A stretch of DNA of 49,207 nucleotides, taken from contig NOWV01000024.1 of NCBI GenBank assembly GCA_003344405.1, positions 682,001 through 731,207 of the forward strand. The letters are read 5' to 3'. The DNA comes from Trichoplax sp. H2 (Eukaryota). Below, piece by piece: positions 24,710 to 38,131 of this stretch; the first letter of the stretch is position 1; each line of letters begins with the position of its first letter. A program made the translations under genes and the position numbers. The notes below the pieces were generated by a model. That model made no database searches. It was not told where the DNA came from and was given only the letters and a program-made list of their open reading frames with translations.

Positions 24710-27700
24710 CCTTCCTTTTTAACAACTTTTCTACCTAATTAAAAATTAACTATTCTACAATATATTCATTATCAAAACATCTGCTTTGAATACATAAGTA
24801 ATATATTCGTACTTTATATTTGTTACTTTAAGGTATAATTTATGAAAATGTTTATAGTCAAATGAAGAATATCTATTACTCTTCTAACAGAAGTGTGTAT
24901 GCCATGTCTAGTATAAAAAGAAAATAGACGCATGTCAATTAGTGAAAAGTCCAAAGTAATAAGACTTTCTCTCTTGGAATAACTATCATATATATATCCA
25001 TAGGATCGCACAGTTAACTGATGCTTACTTTTGCTATCAGATTTAATACATCTCACAATATTAATATAGGAGCTGCCACTTACTATGCTTATTTATAGTC
25101 TAAATTTGTAATTTGTATCTATCTTTTATATAATAATAAACCAAGGCAAGGTGAATTGCAGGTGTAAATCTTGTTTTTGCAATTTAAGCTCAAAATGATG
25201 ATATTTCCAAATGCAAGAAAATATTTATTTAATAAATTTTCGCGATGATTTGTTTAACAAAGGTTCATCAATAGCTGCAGCTGTTGAAGAAATACAGTTT
25301 GAGTCTAGATTTAATATTTCTCAGCATCAAAACACAATTTTAACTATTCAAATTATGTTGTATATTACGCAAGCTAAATTGTAATTATATATACTCTTAT
25401 AAACCACCACAAAAAGTTATGAAATGACATTGTGTTTATCCTCATTTTGTCCATTCTATAATAAAAAAACACATGTAAACCATTATATAAGTGCACTAAG
25501 GTTCTAGAATCATTGCTTAGCCTTGAGAAATTGGATATGAAAAAATACTGATAACGTATAAATTTTAGAATACAACCAGATCGTTACTAACAGCTTATCT
25601 TCTTCCTAATATTTCATTAGTCAATCTGAAAATAAATTATTTTAAATTTTATTGTTTACCTTATCAGATTTTATCAATTATAAAATGTACATTTAATTGC
25701 ATTTTTGGCATACTCGGGTATGCAATTAACGTGTTGATTCTGGATCAAATCATCATATACGACTACGTATTATAATAAGATAGGATAAAATCTTAGTTGA
25801 AAACTTATCTACGTTTAAGTCAGATACAATTGCAGTTTTTTATAATTAAATATGTAATTAATAATGATTTCGTAAAGAAAGCAATTCTTTACTAACTTAT
25901 TTGTTTCATTCTATCTATACTGCTACATAATATTTGTACTTAATCTATGCATGAGGCTAATTATATTCCTAGATCATCAAATATATATTAACCTAATATA
26001 TTACTTCATAGGATAATGCATAACATTCAATATTGTTGTTACAGCGAGGATACAATAGACTGATTAAGCAAATTTAATCTTTTCGTCGGTTTGTTATTAA
26101 TTTACTAGCAGAATACGTTATAAATATATCTAATATCTGCTAACAAAAATTTTAGCATCAAGTTCTTCGTAGAAATATACTAGAAATTTCATGAAAAGGT
26201 TAATGGAAATGACGTACTTATAAATTATAAAACTCTGCTAAATTATAATAATTAACACATATTTCTCATAATTACTGCTACAAACCGTTCTGTAAATTGT
26301 CACTTGTCGTTAAAAAGTTGATTAATAGGTATAAAAAAATTATCCTATATTTACATGGTAGCTATATTTTATGAGAAATCAATACAGGAGTTTATTAATT
26401 ATTTAAAAAGCTAAAAAACATTTTAGAGCAATAGCTGGATTACTTCGGGCCTTAAAGGATTGAATTAATTTAAAATCTATGTTATCAACAACAATAACTC
26501 ATGAACTATCTCAGATCATTTGCTATAGGTTAAATTATAAATATTATTGTCGAAAGTAAGTTAGAATATAAATGTAAGGGCTTAAATTATAAATTATGAT
26601 TACTTAACAGTATGGATAGATGAGGAGATATGTTTAGCTGCTATTGAAAATACAGCGAATAAAAATTTTCATAAATAAATAATGATAAACCTTACTGTTG
26701 ATAATGTTACAGCAGTATGACAGAATTTGCCTTAGTCTTACTGGATATCTCAGCTTTAAGAAAATGGCATTAAATGATTTATTATCTTTTTTGTTTTGTT
26801 TCAAGTGCTATGGCCAAACTATAGCTGTCCAAATTGTTATTATAGGAGTTGTTATTTAATAAAGAAGAAAATATCCTTATCTAAGAATGCCTTAATTTTT
26901 TATATTCCGTAAATATTCTAATAGGAGATATTGATCTACAATAACGATAGAACTGTTAATCCACTTATCAAACATTTAGATTCCTGTTATCGTATTCTAC
27001 TAGTTAGTTTATATACTTATAAATTTATTTCACACTATTCTCGATATAAATTAATTTTATATGAAAGTAACTAAAGGTGATAGGATCTATACAAGAATAT
27101 ATTACTTTATCCATACATCTCTATCACAAAACAGCTTTGCAACAAGATAACGTAATGTACGATCAATAAGTCAATTCCTTGAACCACGTATCAAGAAACG
27201 ATATCTGCACTATCACAAACACTCTTGCTCTACTAGCAAATTACACAAAGACTTAAACATCTCGTATTTTACGTTAAACACTAAGTTTAAGAATCCCGTT
27301 TATTAAACGATATACTGCATTTATATACTATTCCTCAATAGTTCATGAGTCATAGTTAATACAATTAACATTGGAATCGTTTACTGAATTAGATATTAAT
27401 TTTAGCTACTGCTCCCTTAATGCAGACAACAGTATTTACCAACATAGACATGTAATGACTAATACAGAATAGCCAGATTACGATATGTCCTATCACGGAA
27501 CATTTCCATGATAATTTACAATCTACCATAAGTAAATTACAATCACAATGATTCGAACTGTAAGTAGATGATTTGCATTCCCTATTATGACTATTAATTT
27601 CAGTATGTGTATATGTGTCACTATCATAAAAAGTCAGTGCTATATTAAAAATACAGTATATCCAAATTAGAAGTTAACTAAATAAGGATAGGCTAACAGG

Positions 27701-28987
27701 ATTATCCTAACATAGATATTTCTACTCTAATACAGTATATCACACTGTAACAATCTCATACGTTCATGATAATTTAGAACTGTGTGCAATTTATGATTTA
27801 GTAAAGCGTATATATTGATATAACATCGATGTTGTTAACCCTATTACTATAAATACCTACTCAAGGATTATTTAAACTTACTTTCATATCTCATTAAAAG
27901 CTGCAGAGACTTCGTTAGATAATAAGTTTGGAGATAGTTTGATCAGTTTTAACATCTTTACACCACTCTAAAATGGATTGAGTGTCAAGCATCGTATGGA
28001 GTTTTAAATTAAGCACAAATTATTAATCATATGAAGTGATTATAAGATTCCGCCTAATAGTTGCGATTACTGTGCTTTGATGACGGTCAACAGTAGATAA
28101 TTTTCGAAACGTAATACATAAAATTAGAAATGGATCATTCTAGATAGGATACCAATGACTAAAAAGAAGATATGTGCATGAATCGTGATTCTATTCGGGT
28201 AATTAAATATCCATAGCTAATATATGATTTACAGCTTGAAATAAGCTACTATGGTCTAGCGTTGATCTCAATTACTTTGATTGTCATCCCCGAATAATAC
28301 CGAAAGTCGATAATTTTCAGATACAATATTACGTTGTAGCTTTAAAATATGCTCTATACACAAGACTATAGCATATGACTTTGTAATAAAGAAGTTTGAA
28401 GAGTCAACGAATGCGTACTTAGCAGCTATTTACAAAATTTTACGAAGGGTTTTATTAGAAAAATGGATACTTTATTGTAGATAATAACTGGGTATAAAGT
28501 AGCAGTCCCTGATAGATCAGCACGCAAGCTGTCGTGAAGTAATGCCTGTGGATAGCAACACTACAAGTGCAACAGACAAATCTGAAACAAAAATCATCAG
28601 TATTTATAGTCTTTGAGATAGAATACATGTAGAGAATAGAATTATAGAATTACATACAACGTATCCTATAATAGACTATGTAATAGCAAATGATTGTAAG
28701 AAATAGCAAAGACTGTAGGTGCTATAAATTACTAAATGTAACAAGCTATATTTGAATATAGTTGAAATAGACTATGAAAATATCTATATTAAGAACAATA
28801 CAATATACTTATAATTAAGAATATGTTATGAACTTATACTGCGATCTAAATACATTACAGTCTTAATTTAAGATTAATTTATATTGTACAATATTTCCTG
28901 TAAATTAGTTAGAATGAATAGCTAATGAGTCAATTTTTTCGTATATAATCGTATTTGCTATTGTTATGAGCTAGATACTGCTTAGAA

Positions 28988-29120
28988 TGTCGTAAATTTC
29001 GTCAATAGCCACAAATTTCGCAAGCGAATTGACATAATCAGTAAAGAAATATATTTGGGCATTCCGCAAATTGACTAGGCATTTCGCGAATTGACTGGAT
29101 TTCGTACTTGGACGGTAACA
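28988..29120. mobile_element. Possible remnant end of a DNA transposon with subterminal repeats
   Basis: GC(G/A)AATTGAC at 29024, 29066 and 29086; the last two lie in a 20-bp tandem. The segment is CpG-rich relative to its flanks and ends in GACGGTAACA. No partner TIR was found. Confidence 0.3.
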
Positions 29121-31442
29121 TTGTGTTGTTAAAGATTGTCAGATAGTCAGATAGTCCTTGGTAGTTAGACGAACCTAACTTCTGTAATAAAGTGAAATTT
29201 GCAGGAAACTATAGCTCTTGATTTATTGTTTTGAAGATCACTTTATCACACAGTATCATCATTAATATAGTAATCAATTAAACATCCATAGTTAATAAGA
29301 GCATCGAAATAATTTCTATAATCTCTCATTTACCAGATAGGTTTCTCAAATTAGAACTGGTAGGTAATATTATCATGTAAATAAAGATAGTTATCCTCTC
29401 TATAATTACTTTGGACGACTATTTATAACTGACAATCATCTGTTATCGACTAACTTATCAACTCCCTCAATTAAGAGCTTTGAGATTTTTATATACCCTT
29501 ATAAGCACCATTGGTGCAAAACAATAATAAATTAATAGCCAAGTCTACATACAAAATATAGAAAGAATCACAACACACTTTCTATAAAATTTAATAGTTA
29601 ATTAATGGTTAGGTGTTAGCATATGATTAATTACTCAACAAAATTATTTCATTGATGACGTAATAATTAATTAATTGTCACACCGGATTTAGCATGCAGT
29701 AGATAGGACGAAAGTAAACTATCTATAACTAATGAACGTATTTGGATGACTATTTTAAATCCACGATAAAAATTATCGGCGTGAAAGCTAATGAACAAGA
29801 TTATGACGCAATTGCGTAAGGTAGTCTACTCTACTTATTTTCTACTACAGTTTTAGCATCATGCTAGGTAAATTTTTTGCCTATATAATTTAACTAGTAA
29901 GTACGATTCTGTAATGCAAGTAATACGATCAGACTGCTACGATAATTAAACGTCATACTGACCTCACTTAAATTTCAGAAGTAAAGCAATTAAAAGCTAC
30001 ATTGAATTATGTTGTAAATTGTGAAAGTAATGGTCTTTATGGTGGTTAGGACAACAATTTTAGTATCATTCTGCTATATGCCCACGTTAGTCTGAAAAGA
30101 GAATCGATACAATTATGCATACTTACTATCTCTTTACTAAAATAAATTTCAGAACGATTTATTGCACTAAATTATGCTAATTAATTTCTAGTATAGTAAA
30201 CTATACCGGTCTATGAATGAGTAACGTCGATGAACTTTATACAAGAAATGCAGATTTCTTCTAGTAATTTCATGCTAACATCTTACTGGATAAAGTAGAA
30301 TATTCTAATGTAGTTTGACGGCCACAGATTATAAATTTATTCTAGCAACTAGCATAATATAAGAAGGAGAATTCGTATACCATAGTGGTCTATTTATGCC
30401 CAGTCCTTGCTCTTTATATGAAAACGTTACTCAATCTCGGTTGATAGAATATATTTCGGATGTAGAATTGAGACTTATGAATTATGAAATTAAGCTTCTA
30501 ACGTGCATCTTACTTTAGACAGACGTTAATTTGAGTTGATAAGCTCCTGCATTTATGTACAATTACAAGTTATGGAACATATTGTATGTACAAGAATTGA
30601 TCGTTGTGAGACATAAATTATGCATAGTTTAGATGAAAAAGGATAGATGCAAGAAATAGCTAAGGATTTCCGTTCGGTTAGACTTTACCGAATTTTTGAA
30701 TTTTCTCTAGGAAGAAACGAATAAAATCCCTGACTTATGGATGAGTAATCAACTTTATTTTGTAGGTCATTTTTGATGTTGACTTAGTTGCATGGCATTA
30801 GAAACTTACTCTAATTGCATTCGAACCTTTATCAATTGTAAACCTATTTTAATAAAAGAGTTTATTTATTCATCGTATCCATAGAATCAAATGAACTTTA
30901 TAATAGCAATTAGACATTTATAATGACACCTTCTTCACTATGTCTGATCTGTTTATTAATAAGAAACATAGACATTTTAAGTATTAATTATGCATTCACT
31001 AACACCCTTTTTAATATGTGCTACTTACGTGAATTTACCCTCTTTTAAAAAGCAAAATTGCAACATAAGTAGCGAAAGGTAATGCTTTCGACAATTCTTA
31101 AAGCAAATAAATATATCAAGAAAGTGTAGTTTAATGATGTGATAAATTCTTTTCAAGTTTGCTAAAGCAGTAGATTAAAGAATCTTTTCTCTTCTTATGA
31201 ATTCCACGCATCCCATGATCATTCTTACGATAGGGAACAATTGCTTATTTGCTAAATATTTATTATTGCTGCCTGGCAATATTGCCCACTATCAAGCACA
31301 TATATACCCGTCTGATGTCTGATATTTTAATTTTTGCAATTTAAATCACCTCAATTAAGTAACTTACTTCAATTAATATTGTAGATACAATAACTACTAA
31401 TCATTCACTAGGGTAAACGCTAATGGAACAGTTAAATTAAAT

Positions 31443-31764
31443 AGGTAATACTAATATTGAATCTATGTCTGAGTTACCATCGCCTTGCTATGGCAACGAT
31501 CCCAGATAGGCTAAATTCATCATTTCATATCCAATAGATTAATATACGACCAGTTCTATAGCGTTATTGCTCTTTCTTGCTATCATTTTTCGGTAGTAGA
31601 ACAGCTAAATCAGACAGGTAATACTAATATTGGATCAGTGTCTGAACTACTATCGTCTAGCTAAGGCAATGAGTTCAGATTGGTTAAAATTTACCACCTT
31701 ATGTCACATAGATTAATAGACGGTCAGTTTCATAGAGTTGTTACCTTTTCTTGTTATCATCCTT
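31443..31764 (+). repeat. Diverged tandem duplication, 173-bp period
   Basis: AGGTAATACTAATATTG..TGTCTGA..ATCG..GGCAA..CAGAT..ATAGATTAATA..TTTCTTG.TATCAT starting at 31443 and 31616. Confidence 0.8.
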
Positions 31765-32060
31765 CTCTTAAGCTATTTACTAGCTTCAAAAGTACCTTGA
31801 CCTATGAATAATGGGATCATGAGTCATCTTTCATCAGCTGATCCTTACATTCACAGCTTTAATTTTATTTCCTATTACCTTTACAATTAGAAATACACAA
31901 AAAAAGAGTTAATTAGCATACAAAAGCAGATTGATTGTTAGTATAATCGCCATTAAAAAAGCCATTGCCATGCTAATAGGATTAAGCAATTGATTATTTA
32001 CTCTAATGGAACCACTTTGCAGAAAGAATTACGCATTTATTGAAGTCATTAAGTGATAAA

Positions 32061-32365
32061 GCTCAGAGTAGAATCACAATCTTGATTGAATGCATTCTTG
32101 ATTACAATTTTAATGAATATTTAACATGGTAAATCCGTAGACTAGACCGGATTGATTATAATTATAGTAGTATTTATAAGCTTTATTAGAAATGTCATTA
32201 CTATGCTACTAGGGTAACCAATCGATTATTTGCTTCAATAGGGCTAATATACGAAATAGGATTATATATTGAAATCAGTAGATAATACAACTCAGAATGG
32301 AATCGCAATTTAAATTGAGTGTATTTTTGATTACAATTTTAATAAATATTTATCAATAACAATCT
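32061..32365 (+). repeat. Diverged ~75-bp direct repeat
   Basis: CTCAGA..GAATC.CAAT..ATTGA.TG.ATT.TTGATTACAATTTTAAT.AATATTTA at ~32061 and ~32290. Confidence 0.7.
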
Positions 32366-32809
32366 TTAACTCTCGTTCTTCTCCATTCTCTATTGTTCTC
32401 TTTTCGTGGTTATTATCACGTACCTTTTTCTTTTTGCAAACTCTATGCCATTAGGAAATCTACAGCCTATAAATTTAGCATAGCAGTTACTAAGAGTTGT
32501 TGCTGCAGCCCATAACAGGCAATTTCCTATTCTATTACAGTCCTAGGCTAGTCATTCTTTCAATAAACCGAGAGTATCATCATAGTGAGTATACTATAAA
32601 GGTAAACTGCATCCAATCGCTTTATTCTGTCACTTTGGTTGTCATTCCTGGAATAGATGTAGCATGTTGTAGGAAAGTAATATAACGAATTCATTGTGGT
32701 TATTCAGGATTAAATTATACAATATAGGTTAAAGCATGGCTGTGGAATTGATTGTATTGGATGGAAGCGATCATGAAGTTATTCCATCTCCAACTAAATA
32801 ATTACGAAT

Positions 32810-33420
32810 TTTCTATCATGGTTCAATGTCTTAATTAAAGGAGTAAAGTATTGAATTACTTCAATTAAAGCATGGTGTCATCATCTGATTAACCCATAGA
32901 AATTAAACCTGAACTAGTCATCAGTCCTTTATTCTTGGACTGCTATATTATTCTTTCTTGACATAGTCTTCTGAATATTGCTTCGTTAATATAGCAATAC
33001 GATTGAAGAAGTTTAGTACACAATTGATGGTCTATACGTTACATTATGGAACCGCATAATTACAAATTGTCTTATAGTTTAATGTCTTAAAGGAGTACAT
33101 GGCAGAATTATTTCAATCAAAGTATACCGCAATGATCTATTTAATCCACTGAAACTAAATCTGAACTAGTCGTCAGTCCTTTGTTTCTGGATTACTGAAT
33201 TATTCTTTCTTTACATAATCTTCTGGATTATTAATCAGCCCACAGAAATTAAATCTAAGCTAGTCGCTAGTCCTTTATTCCTGGGCTACAGTATTATTTT
33301 TCTTTTCATACTCTTTGGATTATTAATTAGCCCACAGAAATTAAATTTAAACAAGTTGTCAGTCCTTTATTCCTAGATTATTGTATTATTCTTTCTTTAC
33401 ATTTCCTTCCGATTATTGAT
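32810..33420 (+). repeat. Nested tandem array: four ~90-bp units inside a ~250-bp duplication
   Basis: GAAATTAAA..CTAGTC..AGTCCTTT.TT..TTATT.TTTCTT..GATTATT units at ~32895, ~33150, ~33245 and ~33335. The upstream AATGTCTTAA..AAGGAGTA segment is repeated at ~32825 and ~33081. Segment 32990-33045 recurs at ~34327. Confidence 0.85.
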
Positions 33421-36400
33421 TAATTGAGATTACATTTTATCACTTTTCACCACTATTAATTTTTCTTGCATGATTCACAGTCGTTGAAATAATATTGGCA
33501 TTTCAATAGATAACTTTCCAAGCACAAATAAAAGCCCATAGTTAAAACTCAAAGTAATTTATCGTTTTAAAGAAATGAAGGTTTAATTCTACTATTTAGG
33601 ATTACTTCAAGCTATTGATTTAATGATATCATGCTTCCAATACAACGAACTATTATTAGTTTTCCGGATATTGACAGGGTAGTTTAGCACTATAAGCATA
33701 AATTAAATTCTAATAATCAAGATTATAAATAGATAAGTGGTATATTGATGAAGTTTTAACACTATAAATATCAGATTAAATTCCTATAAAATACATCATA
33801 ATTGGTTATGTGGTATATGGATGAATTTTTTCTATAACGGTTAATATCTATTTTTTGCATATCATCCTGCATTAAATAGACTTGATGTACGAAATGTCAA
33901 GTCTTCATCCACCGATATGGCAAAAGATTTTAGACATTAAGAGCAGTCATTCATCAATAACGAGATCTAAATCAAATAGTTCATGTTATTGTACTCTTAC
34001 TAGTAACTGTCTTTACCTACATTTCTCTCTCTTTCTTGCTAAAATCTTATCGAATGATAACGATAATGTCCTATAAAGCAGTAATAATGGCAAACGGTGA
34101 ATATTGGATAGGTCAATAAACATCAATCACACGTTTAATTGTAGCTGCACATTTATGAGTCATTATACATAAAAGCATCGGTTGTTATATAAACGGGGTC
34201 TATGACCATTAGCCTATTATTGTCCAACTCAAAGACATCATTTATTAGGTAATTATGAATACAATAATTACTATTCTATGAAAAGCTAACTATTTCCTAA
34301 TTGATTTTATGATCACTTAATCAGAATAGCGATGCAATTGAAGAGGTTTAGTATCCAATTGATGGTCCATGCGTTACATCATCTAATCAAACATTGGACT
34401 TTATGTCAAAATATCAATCATGAGATGAACAGACAAGGTTGTATTATGAAAGATATAAACAGTAGGACTATTTTCATGGTGTAATTTCTTGATAAGATTA
34501 TAACAAGACACTATATTGCTCTATTTCTATATGATTCATGTTCTAGTCTAGCATTATTAGGACTGGAGACAAACGTGCTATATAAGCGAAGATCATTTAT
34601 TGGTAAATCACAATTAGTGAATAGAAGATGATTTTGTTCGTTCTAGCTTTAGCCATCGTAACCATTTATAAAGAAAAAAACATAAATTGAAATTATTTTA
34701 AATTTGGTAATCGATACTAAGCTATCAATGATAGATTGTTAGCGTAAATGGTATAAACACTAAGTCTATTAGTTTTATATTGATTAATAAGTCAATTTAT
34801 CGTTCTTGCAGAAGAATTTCATTAAGAATGTGACTTAGACTGAATACTACGGACATTGCCAAATCATATTTCATGGCTGTAAACATTGATCACAGTTATC
34901 ATATAGAGATCAAAGTTTAAAAAGTGTTACATGCACTCCGCACTCTGCACACTTTGCACTTAACACTCCACGCTTTAAGCCCTTCGATTTGGTGCTTGCT
35001 TTAAGCATGGAGTTCTTTTGCCTTGCTACTCCTTAGCAATGTTAATAATAGCTCTTTTAAATCCAGTAATAGTCTCCTGAAGCGGTTATTTTAAATGTAA
35101 TTCTTTTTACTTTGCTATTCATGAACAATATTAATCATAATTTTTATGTCCAGCAATAGTCCCCTTAAAAGGTTTTATTCTACCAAATGACCCTAAAATC
35201 AAACACTCATAAATCAATCAATTGGTAAGCTACGTAGACGTACACCGTAAATTAAGGATTAGATTAAATTTTCACCAATATGTTTATCACAGTATCTCTA
35301 GATTTTTAGTAAAAATTGCGATCGATTTTATGATAATGATCAAGTGAAGGAATTTGATATTACCATAACAGAGAATTTGTGTTCGAGCTCGTAAAATTAA
35401 CCCTGAATTATTACGCAATCAAATGTAAATACACATGCAATTATAAGCTTTACAATACAAATTTACTACGGACGTTATGTGAATATTAGCATAGAAGGTT
35501 CATTTTTTACTGGTAAAGCTTCAATCAGTATTATTTACCTTATTAATTTTAATAATTGCTAGTTTGTTCATATATCATATATGGACAATGTCCATTATAG
35601 CCAATAGATGTACGAACACATGCATTAGTCAAGGTCATAGATAGAATTGAATAGTAAGTAAGATAGATTAAAGATGCAAGTTGTAACTTTCAAATCTTTA
35701 CTAATATGTCTCGAACTAAATGGCATCAATTTACCTTGCTGAGGTGATTATCCACACTAGTGTTGGTAAACAACACTAAATTTAAAATAACAGGCTCCCA
35801 TCAAACATGAAAGGAAAGCTTGTTTACCCTTCGCCTGCACTGTTCATGGAATTTATGAGTCATCCTGCGTTTGTTTAAACTTTGATTCATTAGTTTATTT
35901 AATCGGAAACATTAAGTGATGCTACTAATTAATCGTGTCAACCGAAGCCATGCTTTATTTTTAATAAAGAACAAGACAGGCAAAGTATTAGTGGGTAAGT
36001 AATATAATATTCCTTTATCATTCAAAGCACAATTTTTTGGCATACGTGCTACGGGTTTCATAAATAAACGTCTGAAAAGATGGCAATAGGAATTATCCTA
36101 CTATTTCAGCTATCTTTTCCTTGGATTAAATTATAGACTTATAATCCAAATCTTAGTCTTTGGAAAAATAAGTTTTAGATTACGAAAATACAATACCAAC
36201 ATCAGGATTGAATAAAATATTGATATTTACCAGTAAGGTAGATGCTTGCTAATACGAGCGTGGACTCCTATATGCCACAGGTAACAAAATCAATAAAATA
36301 GATATGTATATTAACATACAGATACACAAACTCACTGTTTTTCGATATGTAATATCATAAAATTCAATTAAAAATATCAGAATAAAAGGGTACCACGGAT

Positions 36401-36663
36401 AATTTAAATAATTATTTTGTATCATATACATTCATTTATTGTTGATGTTGGCTAAATTAGAAGGGTTGATAATGATTATCTGAATTATGATTGCGGTTAT
36501 CATGCTAATTTCAATTCATACCCTTAAACAAATAATTCAATGATAATTAATCGAAACAAATTCAATTTTAAATTCAAGCTTCTTTTCAAAGAGTTGCATT
36601 CTCTATTTATATTACCAGTATATATTGTACTAACAACCAATATTAGATATTGCTTTGTTGTTG

Positions 36664-37957
36664 TTACTTGCAATGATATTTATATGGTGACCTTGATCGA
36701 TGCAAATCACGATCATATTCCATTTTACATTTTCGAACTGACTTGCTATAGATCCATGTACATCGTTGATTTGATGAATGATAAGCACATGTACTATGCA
36801 AAGCATGACAATCTGTTGATATAACTACGCTTGAATTCAATGGACAGTGACTAAAAGCCATCACCTTAGGTTTCCACAGGCATTCATTCTTGTTGGCTGT
36901 ACACAATTTCTTTTTATCCTTGTTATTTTCTACATTATGACATAATTTAATATTGCAACGATGACAATTATCGTTGTAAGCATGTCGTAAACCAAATCGC
37001 TGCTCACGTGTGATATTATGCCATGGGGCATAGAATCCACATTGTTTCAAAATTAAATGTTTCCTGTCTTGGCTAAAAGAGCCAAATATGACGTAGGTTG
37101 ATTTAGGTTGTAGAGTAATAGCTGATTTGCTAGCGACAAGAGACTGCTCAACTTGTAACTTGACATTCTTCTGCCACATGTCAAAACCAATAGAATTGGA
37201 TCGATCAAGAAAGAATTTTTTAACGTGGATTTTGTAGCTTGTAATTTGAACTGGATTCGCAATATCGTTAGTCACAGTTATTTTACCCATTGAGATTATC
37301 CTAGCCTTAATAGCTATATTAATAAAAAATATAAAGAAATATAGATACATGAGATCATTAGCCTATACAATCACATCATCAAAATTGGCTATAGCAATGT
37401 GTAGATTATTATTCTAACAGTTCCATTTAGAAAGTAATGTAATATATCAATATTTTGATATTGCCATCATAATAATGATAATTCTATCATCTATAAACTG
37501 GTATTTTATCAAGTAGAATTATTTATAAAAATTTATAGTAGAGTTATGCTTCAAATAAAGTTCAATCTCTGGTTGGAAATACTATTGAGACCAATGTAAC
37601 TACAAATTTCTGATCTCAATAACGTCTTTCAATATAGGGAGTTCGATTATATTATATTAATATTGGATCAAGTAGTTGTTAAGTCGCGGCACATCAAAAG
37701 GCTTTCTATGTACTACGCTATATTCTATATGTTGCTGAAAATTTACATCTTTGATCTATTTCAAAGATGATATAAAAACGCTATAGAAGACAGGAAAAAG
37801 TTTTTGTCAATTTTATTTTATATTTACCGAAATCAGACAGGCAAAATAACGTCTGGGGATGCTGATACTTGCAGCTTTTGTTAGCATTGAGGCATGTTAC
37901 AACGGTAGCTGCCACCAGAATAAGCGCTGGACACATAAAGTTAGTTGAGAAGGCCAT
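36664..37957 (-). CDS. TIMP (tissue inhibitor of metalloproteinases) family protein with atypical N-terminus (259 aa)
   Basis: Exon 1 37957-37828 (MAFSTNFMCPALILVAATVVTCLNANKSCKYQHPQTLFCLSDF) joins in phase 1 to exon 2 37313-36664 (AIKARI..YKIHVKKFF..YVIFG..QCGFYAPW..QRFGL..Y..NC..C.I..C..NECLW..C.W). The HPQxxFCxSD signature and the C-terminal Cys domain match TIMPs. Confidence 0.9.
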
Positions 37958-38042
37958 AGCTTGAAGATGTGATGAGTAAATTATGCAGGTGTTATCGATA
38001 AATTGTCGCTGCTTAAATAATTTAGAGACTCGCTCAGCCCAT

Positions 38043-38131
38043 GTTATATATCCTCCCTGTCGGTAAATTTACATTTCTAAATTTGATTATTGCTTTACAT
38101 ATAATATAGGTTCCTTTTATCTAATGACTCA
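38043..38131 (-). promoter_or_regulatory. Candidate TATA box and AP-1 site upstream of the TIMP-like gene
   Basis: Minus-strand TATATAA at ~38044-38050, about 90 bp upstream of the ATG; TGACTCA at 38125-38131. Confidence 0.35.

Noticed and set aside
35758..35778. Perfect 8-bp hairpin TAGTGTTG-GTAAA-CAACACTA
   Set aside because: A single short stem is expected by chance in 49 kb and has no supporting context.
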